A model generated the notes under the pieces. It was given only the letters and a program-made list of their open reading frames with translations, did no database searches and had not been told where the DNA came from. 33,578 nucleotides of DNA from Malassezia furfur. Taxonomy: Eukaryota. The position numbers and the translations under genes were made by a program. Positions 30,235 to 33,578 of the stretch are shown piece after piece. Location: assembly GCA_052055015.1 (NCBI GenBank), contig JBQJIT010000079.1. One strand, written 5' to 3'. The stretch's first letter is position 1; each line of letters starts with the position of its first letter.

Positions 30235-33200
30235 CTAGTACGATTTCTTGGCGGCAGTCAAGGGGTCATTGTTCAGCAGCGCCGCCCAGCGTCCTCCACG
30301 CTTGGGCGCCGAGTTCTGCCGGCGATGGCGCCCGCTTGCGGACGGCGCCGAACCGACCGAGCTGGCCGTGGGCTGCGGCGGCTGGGTCGTGTTCGACGCG
30401 CCCTGGGGCTTCATGCCGAGTTGCGCACGCTGCGGCGAACTGGACGCGCGCGGCTGCTGCGACTTGGGGAGCATGGGAACGTTAAACGAATTGTCCGACA
30501 TTTGGTGCGCCGCAGGGATGCTGCCCTTGCGGCCGGACGACGTCGTGTAGGCGTAGCCATCATACGTTGGCTGTGCAAACGACTCGTACGTCTGACCAGG
30601 CTGCAGGCCCTGGACGCGCGGCGCACGCGGCGCCTCGGCACGACTCGGCTTGGCCCGTGTCGCCTGGCGCGGCGCCTCGGCCTGCGGCACCTCGGCCCGT
30701 GCGGGACGGGCCTCGTAGCCCTCAAGAGGCTGGCCGTACGCATCGACGGGGCGGCCGTACGCATCATACTGGGCGTATTCGTACGGCTGCTGGGGGTACT
30801 GCTCGTACGGCTGGCCGTACTGGTCGTACGCCTGAGGGTCGTACGACGCCTGGGCCTGGTCGTACTGTGCGTACTGCTGGGCGTAGCCGCTGGGGTCGTA
30901 CTGCGCATAGTCGTACGCCTGCTGCTGGCCCTGGTCGTAGCCCGCATACGCATTCGGATCGTACGTCGGCTGCGCGCCGTATGCCTGCTGTTGCGGGTCA
31001 TACATTGGCTGGCCATACGCATCGTACGCGGCTTGCTGCTCGTACGCAGCCTGCTGCTCGTACGCGCCGGCCTGCTGCTCGTAAGCGCCGACCTGCTGGC
31101 CGTACGCATCGTACGCGGCCTGCTGTTCGTACGCGCTGGGCTGTTGACCGTACGCGTCGTACGCCTGCGTCGGTTGCGGTGCCGCCTGCGAGGCGTAGGA
31201 CCGCGACGTGCGCTGCTTGGCTGGCGACTTGCTCACGGGTGTCGGCGCCTGCGACGTCTGCTCGGCGTAGCCATACTCTTCCATCTCGTAGAGCGGGCGG
31301 CCGCCGCCAAACTCGTCGTACAGCTCTTCGTCCGGAGTCTTGCGGGCGGGGATAGCGCCAGGCGCAGCGAGCGACTGCGTCGGTGCCGCATGCCGTTCGC
31401 GTGGGGCCTCTTGTGCCTCGGCTGGCAAGGGCGGCAGCGGCTGCGACATTTCACGGCGCAGCTCGGCCTCCTGCTCAGCGGCCGAGGGGAGCACGGGCGT
31501 CGTCTTGACGCGGTGGTGTTGCTCCAACTCGTCCAGGTTGAAGAGGTGAGTATCGATCGGCTCGAGGTCCGACGCCAAAAAGTCGTCGAGCAAGCGGCCG
31601 CTTCCGGTCGAGTTCATCCGCGAGAGGCGCGGGCCCGCCGAGTGGCTCACCGAATCGGAACGCGTGGGCTGCGCGTCCTTGGGCGGCACCGGCGGCTGCG
31701 CAACCTCCGTCTTGAACGTCGGCTTAAACTGGCGGCGCGCCTTGAGGAACGCATCGAGGTCGGGCGACTGCGGCGCACTGCCGACACGCGGGCTCGTGCT
31801 CGGCTTGCGGCGCAGCCAGTCGTCCGAGTTCCACTGCACGCCCTTGCCCGCAAACCGCTCGCTGGGGCGCACATGCTCGGCGGACGCCGCCGGCGCCGGC
31901 GCAGTGGGCGCCGTGTGCGTCGGCTCGTCGCTGGGGATTACCGAGAGCGGCACACCGAGCGACGAGGCACGCGCCATGGCACGGGGGTAGTCCACCTCGT
32001 CCATCGCGCGGATAAAGCGCGCGACAGACTCAGGGTCGTAGGCCGCCGAGCCTCGCAGGCCCTGCGACGCCTGCGCGGTACTCGGCGCCGTGGCAGTCTG
32101 CGCCGTGGACGCACGACTCAGACGGTCCGATGGTGCGTCGGCAACCGACTGCTCCTCGCTCTCGGGTACCGTTTGCAGGTACCGAGGGTGTGCGTCATAG
32201 CCCTGCGCCTGCTCGTAGGCCTCGGTAGGCTGGCGCGTCTCAGCCGGTTCGTACGCCGCAGAGGGCTCGACGGTCGTTGCGTACGCGGCCTGCGACACGG
32301 GGTCGACAGACCAAGTGTACTGAGGTTGTGCCGGCGCCGTGTACGACGGCTGCGGTGCAGGCTGGTCGAGCGACTTGGCATAGCCCGTCGGCTGCTGCGC
32401 AGGCTTGTCCAACGACTTGGCATAGCCCGTCGACGGCGCCGTCGACAGCTCCGTCTCGGGCGAGATGTAGCGCGGCAGAGCCATGTACGTCGCACGCGGC
32501 ACCGGCTGCGAGCTGGGCGCCGGCACCGACACTGGCACAGGCACAGGCTCCGGCACCGACTCGTGATGCGTCGGCAGTGCAGGCTCGCCCTCGGTCTCGG
32601 TAAGGTCAGGACGCGTCGTCGCCATCATCTCGAGATCGTGCTTCGTGGTCTCGGTGGCCTCGCGACGCTCGGCCAGCGTCGTGGCAGGGTCGATCTGCGT
32701 CATGTCCGGACGCGTGGTGGCCAGCGTCTCGAGGCCATGCTGGACCTTGTGCTCGTCGTGCGCATGTGGCGAGGCTGACGACGGCGCCAGTGGGGCCTGC
32801 GAGACACCGGCATACGTCGGCTGCGTAGGAACATAGGTCGGCTGCGCGGCCACGTACGTCGGCTCAGGCACGGAAACCGCCGCGGACTCGCTGGGCATCG
32901 ACTCGTGCGACACGGGCTGACCAAGCGCCGCATACGAGTCGCTGCTCATGATGGGCGCCGCAGACGGGGCCATGGCAGTGACTGGCACCTGAGCCGCCTC
33001 GGCCACCGGCACCTGGGCCGACGTGCGCGTGTCCGACGAAGCGGTGCGGCCGTGCGTAGAGATGGGGCGCGTCTCGTGCGAGGACGTCTCGGACAAGTCG
33101 GGGCGCTTGTGCGACAACACCGACCAGTCGCGCTTGAGGTGCGCACCTGCATCATGCTGCAGCTGGTGGGCATCCGCGTGCGACGTCTCAGTAAGATCGG

Positions 33201-33576
33201 GGCGGGTGTCGGCGAGCGTCTCCCAATCACGACGGATGTGTTCCTTGGACACGCGCGGCTCAGGCTCAGTGAAATCGGGACGCGTCGTCTCGAGCGTCTG
33301 CAAGTCGTGCTGCACCTGTTCCTTGGACGCAAGCGGCACAGGACCAGGCTCGGCAGTCTCGACCAGGTCCGGCCGCGTCGTCTCGAGCATCTTCAGGTCC
33401 TGTTTGGCATGCTCCGTCGCGGTGTGCTGTGCCGTGTGCGTGTCAGCCAGGTCAGGACGCGTCGTAGCGAGTGACTCCAAGTCCTGCTTGAGGTGGTCCG
33501 AGACAGGACGCGAGCGCTGGCTGGGGCTTTCAGCAGGGCGCGTCGCATCGCCGCCACGCATGCTCAGCGGCGTCAT
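30235..33576 (-). CDS. Large low-complexity repeat protein, probably disordered; the N-terminus may lie beyond the window
   Basis: 1113-codon ORF rich in A/P/Q/T/S/E, with internal peptide repeats that vary mainly at third codon positions in this frame. The ATG is 2 nt from the window edge. Confidence 0.85.
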   Translation of the reverse strand: MTPLSMRGGDATRPAESPSQRSRPVSDHLKQDLESLATTRPDLADTHTAQHTATEHAKQDLKMLETTRPDLVETAEPGPVPLASKEQVQHDLQTLETTRPDFTEPEPRVSKEHIRRDWETLADTRPDLTETSHADAHQLQHDAGAHLKRDWSVLSHKRPDLSETSSHETRPISTHGRTASSDTRTSAQVPVAEAAQVPVTAMAPSAAPIMSSDSYAALGQPVSHESMPSESAAVSVPEPTYVAAQPTYVPTQPTYAGVSQAPLAPSSASPHAHDEHKVQHGLETLATTRPDMTQIDPATTLAERREATETTKHDLEMMATTRPDLTETEGEPALPTHHESVPEPVPVPVSVPAPSSQPVPRATYMALPRYISPETELSTAPSTGYAKSLDKPAQQPTGYAKSLDQPAPQPSYTAPAQPQYTWSVDPVSQAAYATTVEPSAAYEPAETRQPTEAYEQAQGYDAHPRYLQTVPESEEQSVADAPSDRLSRASTAQTATAPSTAQASQGLRGSAAYDPESVARFIRAMDEVDYPRAMARASSLGVPLSVIPSDEPTHTAPTAPAPAASAEHVRPSERFAGKGVQWNSDDWLRRKPSTSPRVGSAPQSPDLDAFLKARRQFKPTFKTEVAQPPVPPKDAQPTRSDSVSHSAGPRLSRMNSTGSGRLLDDFLASDLEPIDTHLFNLDELEQHHRVKTTPVLPSAAEQEAELRREMSQPLPPLPAEAQEAPRERHAAPTQSLAAPGAIPARKTPDEELYDEFGGGRPLYEMEEYGYAEQTSQAPTPVSKSPAKQRTSRSYASQAAPQPTQAYDAYGQQPSAYEQQAAYDAYGQQVGAYEQQAGAYEQQAAYEQQAAYDAYGQPMYDPQQQAYGAQPTYDPNAYAGYDQGQQQAYDYAQYDPSGYAQQYAQYDQAQASYDPQAYDQYGQPYEQYPQQPYEYAQYDAYGRPVDAYGQPLEGYEARPARAEVPQAEAPRQATRAKPSRAEAPRAPRVQGLQPGQTYESFAQPTYDGYAYTTSSGRKGSIPAAHQMSDNSFNVPMLPKSQQPRASSSPQRAQLGMKPQGASNTTQPPQPTASSVGSAPSASGRHRRQNSAPKRGGRWAALLNNDPLTAAKKSY
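30716..31170 (-). repeat. Tyr/Gln/Ala-rich coding repeats (AYDAYGQ, AYEQQ, YDP)
   Basis: The translation shows repeated AYDAYGQQ, AYEQQA, YDP and QPYE units; on the plus strand CGTACG and CTGCTG units recur. Confidence 0.85.
32371..32432 (-). repeat. Coding tandem duplication with 42-nt period (TGYAKSLD x2)
   Basis: CGACTTGGCATAGCCCGTCG is present exactly at 32371-32390 and 32413-32432. Confidence 0.85.
32593..33495 (-). repeat. Seven dispersed copies of a ~19-aa coding repeat, consensus x-K-x-D-L-E-x-L-A/E-T-T-R-P-D-L-x-E-T
   Basis: HLKQDLESLATTRPDLADT, HAKQDLKMLETTRPDLVET, QVQHDLQTLETTRPDFTEP, HIRRDWETLADTRPDLTET, HLKRDWSVLSHKRPDLSET, KVQHGLETLATTRPDMTQI, TTKHDLEMMATTRPDLTET. Confidence 0.9.
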
Positions 33577-33578
33577 GG

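Noticed and set aside
30325..32778. 817-aa Arg/Leu-rich plus-strand ORF
   Set aside because: Antisense to the repeat protein. Its LLLVR periodicity simply mirrors the Y/Q codon repeats.
30716..33495. CRISPR-like or transposon-derived repeat array
   Set aside because: The repeats are degenerate at codon third positions and in frame within one ORF. There are no constant-length spacers, terminal repeats, or cas/transposase genes, and the context is eukaryotic.

Overview
Compact, GC-rich eukaryotic (fungal) DNA, most consistent with a Malassezia-like ustilaginomycotine yeast (inferred from gene density, tiny introns and protein features). It holds about 21 protein-coding genes, mostly housekeeping: a partial PIL1-domain-like gene, RPP40, NIPSNAP, a TEA/ATTS transcription factor, CIA2, VPS33, cysteinyl-tRNA synthetase, EFM6, an inositol polyphosphate 5-phosphatase, a CCP2-type heme peroxidase, IPP1, PDB1, CK2 beta, SEC66, PP2A B56/RTS1, PFD1, RNA15/CstF64, an alpha/beta-hydrolase-thymidylate kinase fusion, LUC7, a hypothetical protein and a large repeat protein. 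I saw no rRNA, tRNA, CRISPR array or mobile element. Main observations: (1) the TEA factor has a C-terminal region colinear with the animal TEAD YAP-binding domain; (2) a hydrolase with an intact predicted triad is fused to dTMP kinase; (3) 24 hand-modelled GT-AG introns measure 22-39 nt (median 25); (4) 15 consecutive genes alternate strand with tiny spacers; (5) a 7-copy ~19-aa repeat I do not recognise. Gene models and family calls were made by eye; no searches were run.
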